DNA of 64,000 bases from Escherichia phage vB_vPM_PD114. The notes under the pieces are model-generated. The model was not told the DNA's origin, did no database searches, and saw nothing but the letters and a program-made list of their open reading frames with translations. Made by a program: the position numbers and the translations under genes. Below, piece by piece: positions 46,324 to 54,854 of the stretch. Numbering within the stretch: the stretch's first letter is position 1; the number at the start of each line of letters is the position of its first letter. The stretch lies in the sequence record MH675927.1. One strand, written 5' to 3'.

Positions 46324-46590
46324 TTAATCCCCTTCATATTTAGGTAAAGGCATATATGCCACAATAGGAGGGTAATCAAAGTGAAAATGATGGTTCACCA
46401 CAATAATCTTACCAGACATACTTTTATGCACTTCACAATACCCTTTTCCACCATCTTCCATTACCACCACATACTCACCTAGTGGGATATCGTATGGATC
46501 TTCTACTTTTACCCATCCTGTCATTTTGTAAACTCCTCGTAGTAAGGTAAAGCCTTGATCAGTTGTTCTGAAGTGCCATTTTGCACCCAC
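46324..46590 (-). CDS. hypothetical protein
   Basis: 88-aa ORF. Confidence 0.4.
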   Translation of the reverse strand: MGAKWHFRTTDQGFTLLRGVYKMTGWVKVEDPYDIPLGEYVVVMEDGGKGYCEVHKSMSGKIIVVNHHFHFDYPPIVAYMPLPKYEGD

Positions 46591-46656
46591 GTAACACCAT
46601 TGTCAACAGAAACATACCCTTTTTTGTCAATAAATTTACGCAGACAGCCAGTGAAC

Positions 46657-46836
46657 TTATTTTTGTAGATCATTTCTTCTTTCCTTTTTGATTACAGCCC
46701 CATCACTCCCTTGCCAAACTTCCGATCTGAATTCCATCTCAAACCACTCACCACCGCAAAAACGGCTATGTTCAACACGTCTATCTTCCTTCATTGCTTC
46801 TTTAGCTTCGATAGAAGTTAGTTCGATGTTTTGCAT
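46657..46836 (-). CDS. hypothetical protein (first gene of the minus-strand block)
   Basis: Start trimmed to ATG 46836 with strong RBS GAAAGGAGA; the longer track ORF lacks an RBS. Confidence 0.4.
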   Translation of the reverse strand: MQNIELTSIEAKEAMKEDRRVEHSRFCGGEWFEMEFRSEVWQGSDGAVIKKERRNDLQK

Positions 46837-46954
46837 TTGTTTTTCTCCTTTCATTTGGTATGCGCTAATCTTAACAAAATAAAAATGTATGTCAATACTT
46901 GATTTGAAATTAGTTTCTGGTACTCTGTGTGTATCGTAACAAAAGAGGTTAGAT

Positions 46955-47245
46955 ATGAACATCACACTAGCAACTAAGAATATTACAGAAACTTTTGATG
47001 GTTTTGGCATTATTATTGCTGTTCATGGGCATAACGAAAAATGGTTAGCCTCTTTTGAAGAGGACAAAGAACGCAATGTACGTTTGAATGCACCAATCAA
47101 AGTTTTACACCAGGTAGGTGAGAATAAGAAACAATGGAGATCATACAAAGAGTGGAACATTACGAACGAGTTAATACACAAACTTGACAAAGTGATAAAC
47201 ATGTTCGACAATGCACCAAGCAGTGCAAAACGTGTCTTAATGTGA
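46955..47245 (+). CDS. hypothetical protein
   Basis: 96-aa ORF; RBS AAAGAGG; first gene of the divergent plus-strand block. Confidence 0.45.
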   Translation: MNITLATKNITETFDGFGIIIAVHGHNEKWLASFEEDKERNVRLNAPIKVLHQVGENKKQWRSYKEWNITNELIHKLDKVINMFDNAPSSAKRVLM

Positions 47246-47257
47246 GAGGAGAACCAA

Positions 47258-47545
47258 ATGTATTATTCACAAAATGAAGTAGCAAACATTAAACTGGCAG
47301 TGGGCGATCTTATTGTGTCACCTAACTACTATTGGGATAACACAGATTTGGTTGAAGTAGTAACCTATGTTGGAGTTGAAGGTATTGTGCTCTACACACT
47401 AGGTGGAGGTGTTGTTGGGGAAATGGAACGTTATACGACAACGAAGAAACTGGTAAGCTCTTATCGCATGTTTTTACACCAAGGTTCGGAAGAGTATACA
47501 GCTTTCTTGTTGAAATTAGATGCAGATCGGGAGAAGGCACGATGA
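47258..47545 (+). CDS. hypothetical protein
   Basis: 95-aa ORF with RBS GAGAGGAG. Confidence 0.45.
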   Translation: MYYSQNEVANIKLAVGDLIVSPNYYWDNTDLVEVVTYVGVEGIVLYTLGGGVVGEMERYTTTKKLVSSYRMFLHQGSEEYTAFLLKLDADREKAR

Positions 47546-47895
47546 AAATTGTACACGATGAAATTCAATTTGAAGAGAGTGATCTTCTTGATCTGGATGT
47601 GACACTAAGTAAACTGATCTACAACGCACTTTCTGCATATCGTGCAAAAGTGATAGCCACAAACAATGTTGAAATTCCTAGCGGGTTACTTCGTCGGATG
47701 TACCCACACGCTAAAGGTGACTATCTACCTTATATGGAAGAACGAGCAGCAGAACACTGGTTAGAAATTCTTGAAAAAATGGAGTCCTCTTTTAAAGATT
47801 CAACTCCACCGGAAGAAGTTAATGAAAAACAACGGCAAGAGCGTTTAGAAGGTCGTATTTTGTTTGCTAAGTATTTCCATAATTTGTGGAGCTAA
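47542..47895 (+). CDS. hypothetical protein
   Basis: 117-aa ORF, ATGA overlap with upstream gene. Confidence 0.45.
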   Translation: MKIVHDEIQFEESDLLDLDVTLSKLIYNALSAYRAKVIATNNVEIPSGLLRRMYPHAKGDYLPYMEERAAEHWLEILEKMESSFKDSTPPEEVNEKQRQERLEGRILFAKYFHNLWS

Positions 47896-47971
47896 ACATA
47901 TCTGGTAAAATCACTTATATGTTCTTAGTATACTTGTGTAAAGAAGTTATCGGTCTAATTAAGGGGAAGAT

Positions 47972-48223
47972 ATGATTCAGTTTCAAAAAGGTCAAAAGAT
48001 GACGGTATACGACGCAAAAGATATGGAATTTGCACTTGAACTTCTCGAAGATGCAGGTTTTGTGTGGATCAACGGCGGAGAGAAGCCTACGGCTTGGCTT
48101 CCACATGAAAAAATAGCCAACCACACCTTTCCTGATAGTATCAATTGGCATTCTGATGGTAAGATTTGCCGTGGAAGTTACCCAACAGGTGTTGAGTGGA
48201 CTATTAAATTAGGAGGACTTTAA
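47972..48223 (+). CDS. hypothetical protein
   Basis: 83-aa ORF with RBS AAGGGGAAG. Confidence 0.45.
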   Translation: MIQFQKGQKMTVYDAKDMEFALELLEDAGFVWINGGEKPTAWLPHEKIANHTFPDSINWHSDGKICRGSYPTGVEWTIKLGGL

Positions 48224-48224
48224 T

Positions 48225-48563
48225 ATGTTTAGTAAAGAAATGAGAGAAGTAATTGCCACTTTGGTAGTTGATCATGGTGTTGAAGTTGAGCGTCACGTTT
48301 GGAACGATGAACCTCCTTTCTTCGATTTGGCATCACGAGCTAAAAGTCATATGTACCTGCTGGAAGACGGTAATGAGTTTGTTCTCCGTATGCGTTATGA
48401 TCGAGAGTTTCGAATTCCGCTTGACACTGAACCAGATGGTGTAGTAATGTGGTTGGCAGAACATTTCGCATACGATGCACTACATGGAAGAAGTTTTGGT
48501 AATGAGCGTTGGGATGCCATTTGTCGTAAGCATAATATTGAACCAGAGTACGGGAGTATGTAA
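48225..48563 (+). CDS. hypothetical protein
   Basis: 112-aa ORF with RBS AGGAGG. Confidence 0.45.
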   Translation: MFSKEMREVIATLVVDHGVEVERHVWNDEPPFFDLASRAKSHMYLLEDGNEFVLRMRYDREFRIPLDTEPDGVVMWLAEHFAYDALHGRSFGNERWDAICRKHNIEPEYGSM

Positions 48564-48814
48564 TGTTAAGTATCAAACCTAAAATGATAACGGAAGATGA
48601 AGCAGACTTTATTTTCAAATGTGGACGTGTATGGAGAGAATTCACAAAAGGAAATGAAGTGGTTGTTGTTGTCGAACACAAGATATCTATCCAGGATCTG
48701 TTTGGACAATATGTTGATGTTATTAAATTAGGTATTGACAAGGGTTTAGTTGAGGTGTTAACATTAGATCAAGTTGAAGCAGAGCACCTCGATAAAGTAG
48801 TGGTTGAATTTTAA
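48563..48814 (+). CDS. hypothetical protein
   Basis: 83-aa ORF overlapping upstream stop. Confidence 0.45.
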   Translation: MLSIKPKMITEDEADFIFKCGRVWREFTKGNEVVVVVEHKISIQDLFGQYVDVIKLGIDKGLVEVLTLDQVEAEHLDKVVVEF

Positions 48815-48834
48815 AATACAGACGGGAGAAAGGT

Positions 48835-49008
48835 ATGAGTTTCTTTGTTACAGTATTTATGGCTATCTGGATTGTAGTCTCACTCGTTCTTTTCCTGGTG
48901 GGTTGTCTGGAAGAGATTAAGAAAGCGGTTATTTGCGGTTTCTTTGGCTTTATTATCTCTCCTGCCTGGATGTGGTTCTTCATTATGATTGGTTTCCTTA
49001 AAAGGTAA
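48835..49008 (+). CDS. small membrane protein (not in supplied ORF track)
   Basis: 57 aa, two hydrophobic helices; RBS GGGAGAAAGG. Confidence 0.35.
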   Translation: MSFFVTVFMAIWIVVSLVLFLVGCLEEIKKAVICGFFGFIISPAWMWFFIMIGFLKR

Positions 49009-49022
49009 GTGAGGAATAAAGA

Positions 49023-49460
49023 ATGAGTAAAACAAACGCAATTGCAGATAAAGCAACGGATGTACTTCTGAATATGGTTAACGTCACTATTCAAACAATG
49101 AGTGATGTTGTAGAGTTTGGAAAACAACAAATTCCAGAAGTAATCCATCAATTACTAGTGTGGAAAGCAGTATCCGCAGGTTTATGGCAACTTTTTAGTA
49201 TTTGCTTTATGTTTATTACTTTTATTGCTGTGCGGAACCTCGTAAAAGCAATTAAAGATAAAGAATGCCTGTGGTCACGAGATCGCTATGGTGAAGTATC
49301 TGCTTTACCTATTGTTGGTCTTGTTGTCTGTGCTTTCTTTTTCTTTTTAGGATTTGTTATTTTCTTTTCGAATTTTGATTGGCTAAAAATCATTATTGCA
49401 CCAAAAGTGTATCTGATTGAATTTGCTGCTGATTTAATTCGTTCATCTCAACAAAAATAA
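49023..49460 (+). CDS. membrane protein
   Basis: 145 aa with hydrophobic helices; RBS GAGGAA. Confidence 0.45.
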   Translation: MSKTNAIADKATDVLLNMVNVTIQTMSDVVEFGKQQIPEVIHQLLVWKAVSAGLWQLFSICFMFITFIAVRNLVKAIKDKECLWSRDRYGEVSALPIVGLVVCAFFFFLGFVIFFSNFDWLKIIIAPKVYLIEFAADLIRSSQQK

Positions 49461-49471
49461 AAGGGGTTAAA

Positions 49472-50599
49472 ATGAAATACACGATTTATGGTGATATTGT
49501 AAGTGTAAATAAAGATATGGGTGTGGAATCTAATTATCTTCCACCTGGATTCTATACTGTTAGTCGTGATCCCCTTGGCAATTATTTTTTAAGCCGTGGT
49601 AATCTAACAGGTGTACCGGATGTTCTGTATGGTGAAACAGAAAAACGAGCAAATCACGTTATCCGTACATTCCATCGCCGGAGTGCACAAGGTAAAAATA
49701 CAGGTTTGCTTCTGACAGGAACTAAGGGCAGTGGTAAAACTATGTTAGCCAAGCTCATTAGTCGTGACCTTGTAGAAGAAGGTATTCCAACTATTATGGT
49801 TACTCAAGCCTACAGTGATGCTAATTTCATTGAACTTATTAGCAAGATCACCGACAAAGCAGTGATTATTTTTGACGAGTTTGATAAAGTATATGAGAAG
49901 AAACAAGATCAAGAAGCACTTCTCACTTTGTTAGATGGTACTGGCAGTGGTAATAAACTGTTTATTCTAACTAAAAACAGTGGCTTTATCTCTGAATTCT
50001 TTCTAAATCGTCCTAGTCGTGTGTTTTATAATTTTAATTATGATAAAATCTCACTAGAAACTATGATTGACTATTTAGATAAAAACCTGGATAACAAAGC
50101 ACACTTTGATAATTTCCAAAGACTTTGGGATGTAAGTTTAGAGTTGTCCTTTGATGTGATCCAAGGTATAGTAGAAGAACTTAATTTCTACCCTGATTTA
50201 TCCTTTAAAGAATGCATCTCTATGATGGGCGTTTCTTTGGGTGGTGGTAATAAATGGGATATCAGCAGCGTTGTTATTAATGGAAAACTTCAGAAAGTTA
50301 GCTGGGTATCTAGTTGGCATAACTTTACACCTGCAATCTTTTTAGGTGGCTCGTGCACACTAGACGTGTACTTGTCATCTCCAAGTGATGCAGACTCTAA
50401 AGAAGCCCTTGCTAATAGCTCTTACGTGGTTTTTGATGATGAAGGCGATGCTCGAATTCCATTGAATGCGACAAAAATGAAAGCAGATCTTATTACAGGC
50501 GGTAAAATCGTTGTGTTTAGTGATGATCCAGAAGATTCTTTCCGTATTGTTCTGGAACCAACTATCACCAATGGTGCAACTTTGGCAAGTGTGTTTTAA
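49472..50599 (+). CDS. AAA-type ATPase, paralog B
   Basis: Walker A GTKGSGKT, Walker B IIFDEFDK, RPSRVFY; N-terminal 230 aa colinear with 32751-33911, C-terminal half unrelated. Confidence 0.65.
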   Translation: MKYTIYGDIVSVNKDMGVESNYLPPGFYTVSRDPLGNYFLSRGNLTGVPDVLYGETEKRANHVIRTFHRRSAQGKNTGLLLTGTKGSGKTMLAKLISRDLVEEGIPTIMVTQAYSDANFIELISKITDKAVIIFDEFDKVYEKKQDQEALLTLLDGTGSGNKLFILTKNSGFISEFFLNRPSRVFYNFNYDKISLETMIDYLDKNLDNKAHFDNFQRLWDVSLELSFDVIQGIVEELNFYPDLSFKECISMMGVSLGGGNKWDISSVVINGKLQKVSWVSSWHNFTPAIFLGGSCTLDVYLSSPSDADSKEALANSSYVVFDDEGDARIPLNATKMKADLITGGKIVVFSDDPEDSFRIVLEPTITNGATLASVF

Positions 50600-50612
50600 G
50601 TAAGCCAGCAAA

Positions 50613-50640
50613 TAAAAACCCGCTTCGGCGGGTTTTCTTG
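50613..50640 (+). terminator. rho-independent terminator
   Basis: AAAACCCGC-TTCG-GCGGGTTTT followed by CTTG. Confidence 0.7.
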
Positions 50641-50673
50641 TATTGATGCCAGATTTAATAAAAGGAGCAGTAG

Positions 50674-51864
50674 ATGCCAGCACCAAAATCATGGGAACAA
50701 TATAAAGAAGAGTGTCAACTTCTTGCGAATAAGAAGGGGATTGAGATCCTAGGGTATGTTGAACCGTTTATAGGGGGTAGTACAAAAATGATCCTACGCT
50801 GTAGACAGAAACATGAATGGAATACTTGTAGTATTAAGAATTTCAAGCGCGGTAGAAGTTGTCCTATCTGTGCTGGTAAAAGCAAGACGTTAGAAGATTA
50901 CCTTGCAGAATGCCAGCCATTAGCTGTTGAAAGAGGGATAGAGATTTTAGGTATCAATGGTGAGTTTATAGGTTGTGATACGAAAATGATGCTACGTTGT
51001 AGGCATGGTCACGAATGGAACACATGTAGCTTTGATAATTTTAAACGTGGCAATGGTTGTCTTGTATGTAGGTATGAGAATACAAGGAAGTTACAAACAA
51101 TATCCGACGATCAACACGTTGCAGACTTCTTTTCTACTGGTGTCTTCCCTGAAGGCACTATCTTCACTAACACAGGAAGAAGTAACAAATTTGGAAAAAG
51201 TATTTGGATGATTGAGTGTCCTGTTTGTTCTCACGATGAATATGTGAAAGCTGGTGTATGTAATGGTAAATTTTATTCTAGAGGGTGTCACCTAAAACAA
51301 GGGAGTATCCCTTGCCGTTGTTCTACAAACTACCGTTATACAAAAGATCAGATCACCTACAGGGTAAAAAAGACAGTAGAAAGGAAAGGGTATGTTTGGG
51401 TAGGTTGGATCGGTAAACCGTCTATAAGACCAGGTAAGTTTAAATATCTTTGTCTTATGCATGGGGAACAGATAGGGCGTGCTGATTCCTTATTAAATCA
51501 GGATAGTGGTTGTCCACAATGTGCTGGTCATAGTCAACAGCAATTATATATTAATATTGTTAAAGATAATGATATTATAGTTGCTCTTAAGTTTGGCATA
51601 GCTAAAGATAGCGATAGACGATTAAACAGTCAAAATAGCCGTAATCTGTTTTTTATGGAGCGTATTTGTTTATATGATTTTAGCACAGTGAAACAGTGTA
51701 AGGCTGCTGAAAGAGCTATAAAGAAAAAATTAAAAACTGGTATTTTAACAGCAAGAGAGTTGAAAGACGGTCATACAGAAACAGTAAGTGTTTCTGATTT
51801 GGAAAATCTTCAAAAAATTATTACACAATGTGGTGGCAAATTAGTATACAATAAGGAGGTGTAA
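50674..51864 (+). CDS. zinc-ribbon repeat protein with C-terminal T5orf172/GIY-YIG-like domain (putative DNA-binding or nuclease)
   Basis: Repeated units ...HEWNTCS..NFKRG..CP.C...; C-terminal LYINIVKDNDIIVALKFGIAKDSDRRLNSQNS resembles the T5orf172 motif. Confidence 0.4.
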   Translation: MPAPKSWEQYKEECQLLANKKGIEILGYVEPFIGGSTKMILRCRQKHEWNTCSIKNFKRGRSCPICAGKSKTLEDYLAECQPLAVERGIEILGINGEFIGCDTKMMLRCRHGHEWNTCSFDNFKRGNGCLVCRYENTRKLQTISDDQHVADFFSTGVFPEGTIFTNTGRSNKFGKSIWMIECPVCSHDEYVKAGVCNGKFYSRGCHLKQGSIPCRCSTNYRYTKDQITYRVKKTVERKGYVWVGWIGKPSIRPGKFKYLCLMHGEQIGRADSLLNQDSGCPQCAGHSQQQLYINIVKDNDIIVALKFGIAKDSDRRLNSQNSRNLFFMERICLYDFSTVKQCKAAERAIKKKLKTGILTARELKDGHTETVSVSDLENLQKIITQCGGKLVYNKEV

Positions 51865-52416
51865 ATGCGGATTACTGACAAGTATGTGTTCTTCTTCTCG
51901 GCAAAAGATGAATTTAGCAACTGGTATCTATCATCTTTTATTGAACCTTTAGCTCCCAAGTATAATAATTCTATTACAAGTTCTGTCGAATTTACTTGTG
52001 TGGAACAATATATGATGTGGAGAAAAGCATGTTTGTTTTATGATTACAATATTGCATCTTCTATTTTAACCGGAGATCTAAGATATACAGGAGAAAAAGA
52101 ACAAGCATATTATAAACGACTAGGCAGATCAGTTAAAGATTATGATGAAGATACTTGGACTTCTTTACGGGAGAAGATTGTCAAGCGTGGTTTGTATCTT
52201 AAATACACACAAAATGAAGATCTCAAAAATAAACTTATCGCTTACGCAGATAAGGAGTTCGTAGAGGCAAGCCCCTATGATTCTATTTATGGTATCAAAA
52301 TGGGGATGTGGGATCGTGATGTTGAAAACAAGGATTGTTGGAAAGGACAAAATCTTTTAGGAAAATGGCATACAGACCTTGCTGTTTATCTAAAAACACA
52401 ATCTGATATTTCCTGA
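51865..52416 (+). CDS. NADAR (YbiA/DUF1768) family protein, predicted ADP-ribosyl N-glycosidase
   Basis: VFFFSAKDEFSNW...FTCVEQYMMWRKA...RLGRSV...ASPYDSIYGIKMG...GQNLLGK colinear with the YbiA/NADAR signature; RBS AAGGAGG. Confidence 0.75.
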   Translation: MRITDKYVFFFSAKDEFSNWYLSSFIEPLAPKYNNSITSSVEFTCVEQYMMWRKACLFYDYNIASSILTGDLRYTGEKEQAYYKRLGRSVKDYDEDTWTSLREKIVKRGLYLKYTQNEDLKNKLIAYADKEFVEASPYDSIYGIKMGMWDRDVENKDCWKGQNLLGKWHTDLAVYLKTQSDIS

Positions 52417-52634
52417 TATTTTGAAAATTTTTATTTTTATAAAAAGGGGTGTGGGTTTCATGTACGGAAATCCACCCTCTGAATAATATATCCAGAGTAA
52501 GTAGTATTCTGTACTCTGTTAATAAAGTATTTAATTTGTTTGTTGGACTATGATATCTGATCTTTAAAAGGCATACTATCTCTTAACTACTACTTATAAC
52601 AAAACAGTAAAATCCTTTTTATAAAAAGTACAAA

Positions 52635-52840
52635 ATTATTTAAAGTTTTTACAGATTTTCGGGTACAAATTTTGAAAATGAAAAGTTCAAGTTTGGTCAA
52701 AATTATTTAAAGTTTTTGTACGTATTTCTATCCAGATTTTGAAAATGAAAACTTCAATTTTTTAAAAATTCCCCAGTTTATTTAAAGTTTTTTTGCCTTT
52801 TTCCGTAGAAAAATCAAAAATGAAAAGTTCAATTTCGTGT
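52635..52840. repeat. three tandem direct repeats of about 66-76 bp
   Basis: Each unit has TTATTTAAAGTTTTT (52635, 52701, 52777) and TTTTGAAAATGAAAAGTTCAA (52671, 52737, 52811). Confidence 0.7.
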
Positions 52841-52855
52841 TTTTATAGGTGTGTT

Positions 52856-52967
52856 AATGAGAATCATTTTCGTTTGTAAATGAGAATCATTATCATTTAA
52901 CTATGTAAGTGATAATCATTCTCAGTAAGAGAATGAGAATCATTAGCAAATGAGAATTTTTCTCATT
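52856..52967. promoter_or_regulatory. cluster of Fur-box-like palindromic sites (AATGAGAATCATT family)
   Basis: At least five copies; AATGAGAATCATTATC (52879-52894) matches 15/16 positions of the E. coli Fur consensus; perfect palindrome AATGAGAA-TTT-TTCTCATT at 52948-52966. Confidence 0.45.
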
Positions 52968-53229
52968 TACAGAATAACGCGCAGGGGCGGTGTTTGTCTC
53001 GCGCTCCCGTGTCCCCTCGCCATACAATAAGAATAGCATAACCAACAACAAAAGCAAGCGATTATTTTTATCTTTACATTTCTTTACAAATTTATTTTAG
53101 ACGAGCTACCGGCGATCAACCTTCCAACCAGTGCCCCCTGGTATGTTAGCCCCGCCTTTACGCCGTGGGGGTGGCGTTTCCTCTTCTGTATGTAAAACAG
53201 TATAAGCCCGATCCCTGGGCTTGTCAAGA

Positions 53230-53496
53230 TTATTTTTTGTTTTCTTGCCAGGATAGGACACCTAACCAAAAATACATGTCGCCCCGCGCCCCTGGTGGGA
53301 TCTTGCTTTCCCCGCCGCCACTGCAAGCCCATAGATAACCATTTACGAACGTATCAAAGTGATCTATCTCTTCCACCTTATGATCGCCCAGGTTGAGAAC
53401 GGTTTCAACCTTTAAGCCCGTTGCGCTTGCTACCTGGTGCACCGTGCCGCCTTGCCAGCCCAGTGAGTGCATGAGATGTAAAGGAGTATTTGTCAT
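53230..53496 (-). CDS. hypothetical protein in a G+C-rich island
   Basis: 88-aa ORF with RBS AAAGGG; region is visibly more G+C-rich than its surroundings; no motif recognised. Confidence 0.35.
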   Translation of the reverse strand: MTNTPLHLMHSLGWQGGTVHQVASATGLKVETVLNLGDHKVEEIDHFDTFVNGYLWACSGGGESKIPPGARGDMYFWLGVLSWQENKK

Positions 53497-53607
53497 GGTA
53501 TCGCCCTTTCTTTGTTGTGCGCCCTGGTTGGCGCGGTAGAAAGATGATAGCCGTTTCCTTTATAGATAGCAAGCAAAAAAGAAATGAAAAAAGATTAAAA
53601 AAAATGG

Positions 53608-53636
53608 TTGACGTTCCTCACCTGGTAGCGTAGTAT
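53608..53636 (+). promoter_or_regulatory. sigma70-like promoter (TTGACG-17-TAGTAT), first of the rightward early-gene array
   Basis: Near-consensus hexamers with 17-bp spacer about 130 nt upstream of 53765. Confidence 0.5.
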
Positions 53637-53764
53637 TCATCTTGTCGAGGGGCGGCAAGGCACAACGACAATAAACAATAGGCGGGTGCAATGCAAGACG
53701 GGCAAAGGTGAGGATCTCCACAATCCACCGTCACAATAACATTACTTATAAAAGGTTGATAACA

Positions 53765-53869
53765 ATGATCAAGAAAGAAAATAGCTTGACGGTTGGAACG
53801 ATTAACGCTATCATTCTTGCCGTTCCCTTTTGGATTGTAGTGTCAGTTATTATTTCAATCATTCTATAA
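53765..53869 (+). CDS. small membrane peptide (34 aa; not in ORF track)
   Basis: ATG with AAAGG RBS; hydrophobic. Confidence 0.3.
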   Translation: MIKKENSLTVGTINAIILAVPFWIVVSVIISIIL

Positions 53870-53879
53870 GGCGCACACT

Positions 53880-54161
53880 ATGAGCAAGGTAATTAGTCAT
53901 AAAGAGTTAAGCCCTACTCTTTCAATGAGTGAGTGCACCGATGGCTTTTGGCTGTATGATGATACGCGCGGCATGAATTTAGCTATGCGTGAAAAAACAG
54001 AAGAGGCGGCGTATATTGAAGCCCTGGAATACTACCAGGAACGACTAAAGGAAGTAGAAAACAATTATAATAACCTAAAAACAAAGGTAGATCATTTTAT
54101 CAGCCAGGTGGCAGATGACGACGATGATCACTATTGCGAGCGGTGCGGATCATACAGCTAA
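53880..54161 (+). CDS. hypothetical protein
   Basis: 93 aa; acidic DDDDD tract and C-terminal CERCG. Confidence 0.45.
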   Translation: MSKVISHKELSPTLSMSECTDGFWLYDDTRGMNLAMREKTEEAAYIEALEYYQERLKEVENNYNNLKTKVDHFISQVADDDDDHYCERCGSYS

Positions 54162-54181
54162 AATTATTTTTAAAAATATTC

Positions 54182-54242
54182 TTGACAACGTTTTTTAAAC
54201 TGATAAGATGTATCACATAGGGCGGCGGAATACTTCCCCGCC
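54182..54242 (+). promoter_or_regulatory. sigma70 promoter (TTGACA-16-TAAGAT, extended TG) plus GC-rich leader hairpin
   Basis: TTGACA 54182-54187, TAAGAT 54204-54209, hairpin GGGCGGCGGAATACTTCCCCGCC 54220-54242, then RBS and ATG 54265; 40-nt promoter sequence repeated at 56520. Confidence 0.6.
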
Positions 54243-54264
54243 AAAACAAAAAAAGGGTAATGCA

Positions 54265-54627
54265 ATGAGCAAGCAAATCAATACTATCATGTTTAATCTG
54301 GTATCTTTCCGCGACGATATGAAAAATTTACCACGTGAAACGGTTGATATTCATGTTTCAGCTTATCGCGCCCTTATTGATATGTTACCGCTAAAACGTG
54401 ATCAACATGCCGCTAATATGATGCTTAATGCTATGCTTAAAAAGATGATTCAAACGGATCTCACCCTGGCGTATGAGTATCAAGGGCGCTTATATGCAAC
54501 TTACAACAAGGCGGTACCTGGTCTGGGAAGTACCGAAGAGTTGCACGGCTTAAACCTGGATCAAAACACTTGGGATAGTATGCGCCGCGTTATGGTATGG
54601 GCCGAAAGCGGTAAAATTTACGAATAA
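54265..54627 (+). CDS. hypothetical protein
   Basis: Start at ATG 54265 (RBS AAGGG) downstream of promoter and hairpin; the longer track ORF begins inside the promoter. Confidence 0.5.
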   Translation: MSKQINTIMFNLVSFRDDMKNLPRETVDIHVSAYRALIDMLPLKRDQHAANMMLNAMLKKMIQTDLTLAYEYQGRLYATYNKAVPGLGSTEELHGLNLDQNTWDSMRRVMVWAESGKIYE

Positions 54628-54633
54628 AAACGG

Positions 54634-54686
54634 TTGACATTGCACTAAAACCTGATAAGCTATCTTAAAGCGGGAACTATTCCCGC
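54634..54686 (+). promoter_or_regulatory. sigma70 promoter (TTGACA-16-TAAGCT) plus leader hairpin GCGGGAA-CTA-TTCCCGC
   Basis: TTGACA 54634-54639; hairpin 54670-54686. Confidence 0.55.
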
Positions 54687-54705
54687 TTACATAGGATAAA
54701 ACTTT

Positions 54706-54852
54706 ATGAAACAATATGTAATGAGTATTCATACCAAAAACGGCGCTACTGTTACGACTCCGGCACGGTTTGCACTTGTAAACCGTTGCAACAGACTAAA
54801 ACGAGAGCTAAAAAATAACCGTGCAACGGGCTTTAAACGCTGGGGAGGATAA
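54706..54852 (+). CDS. small hypothetical basic protein (48 aa; not in ORF track)
   Basis: ATG 54706 after promoter and hairpin; stop 2 nt before the next gene start. Confidence 0.35.
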   Translation: MKQYVMSIHTKNGATVTTPARFALVNRCNRLKRELKNNRATGFKRWGG

Positions 54853-54854
54853 TC

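Noticed and set aside
8127-46836. Integrase, repressor or excisionase indicating a temperate phage
   Set aside because: No tyrosine or serine recombinase motifs or CI/Cro-like helix-turn-helix repressor were recognised; gene content (own polymerase, primase-helicase, RNR, inteins) fits a virulent phage.
53084-53332. 82-aa minus-strand ORF in the G+C-rich island
   Set aside because: Arg/Gly-rich low-complexity translation typical of random GC-rich sequence; overlaps the better-supported 53230-53496 ORF and lacks an RBS.
52417-53760. Possible tRNA genes in the long ORF-free region
   Set aside because: No segment shows a cloverleaf-compatible arrangement or a T-loop-like GTTCRANYC motif with flanking acceptor complementarity; the GC-rich stretches form simple hairpins only.
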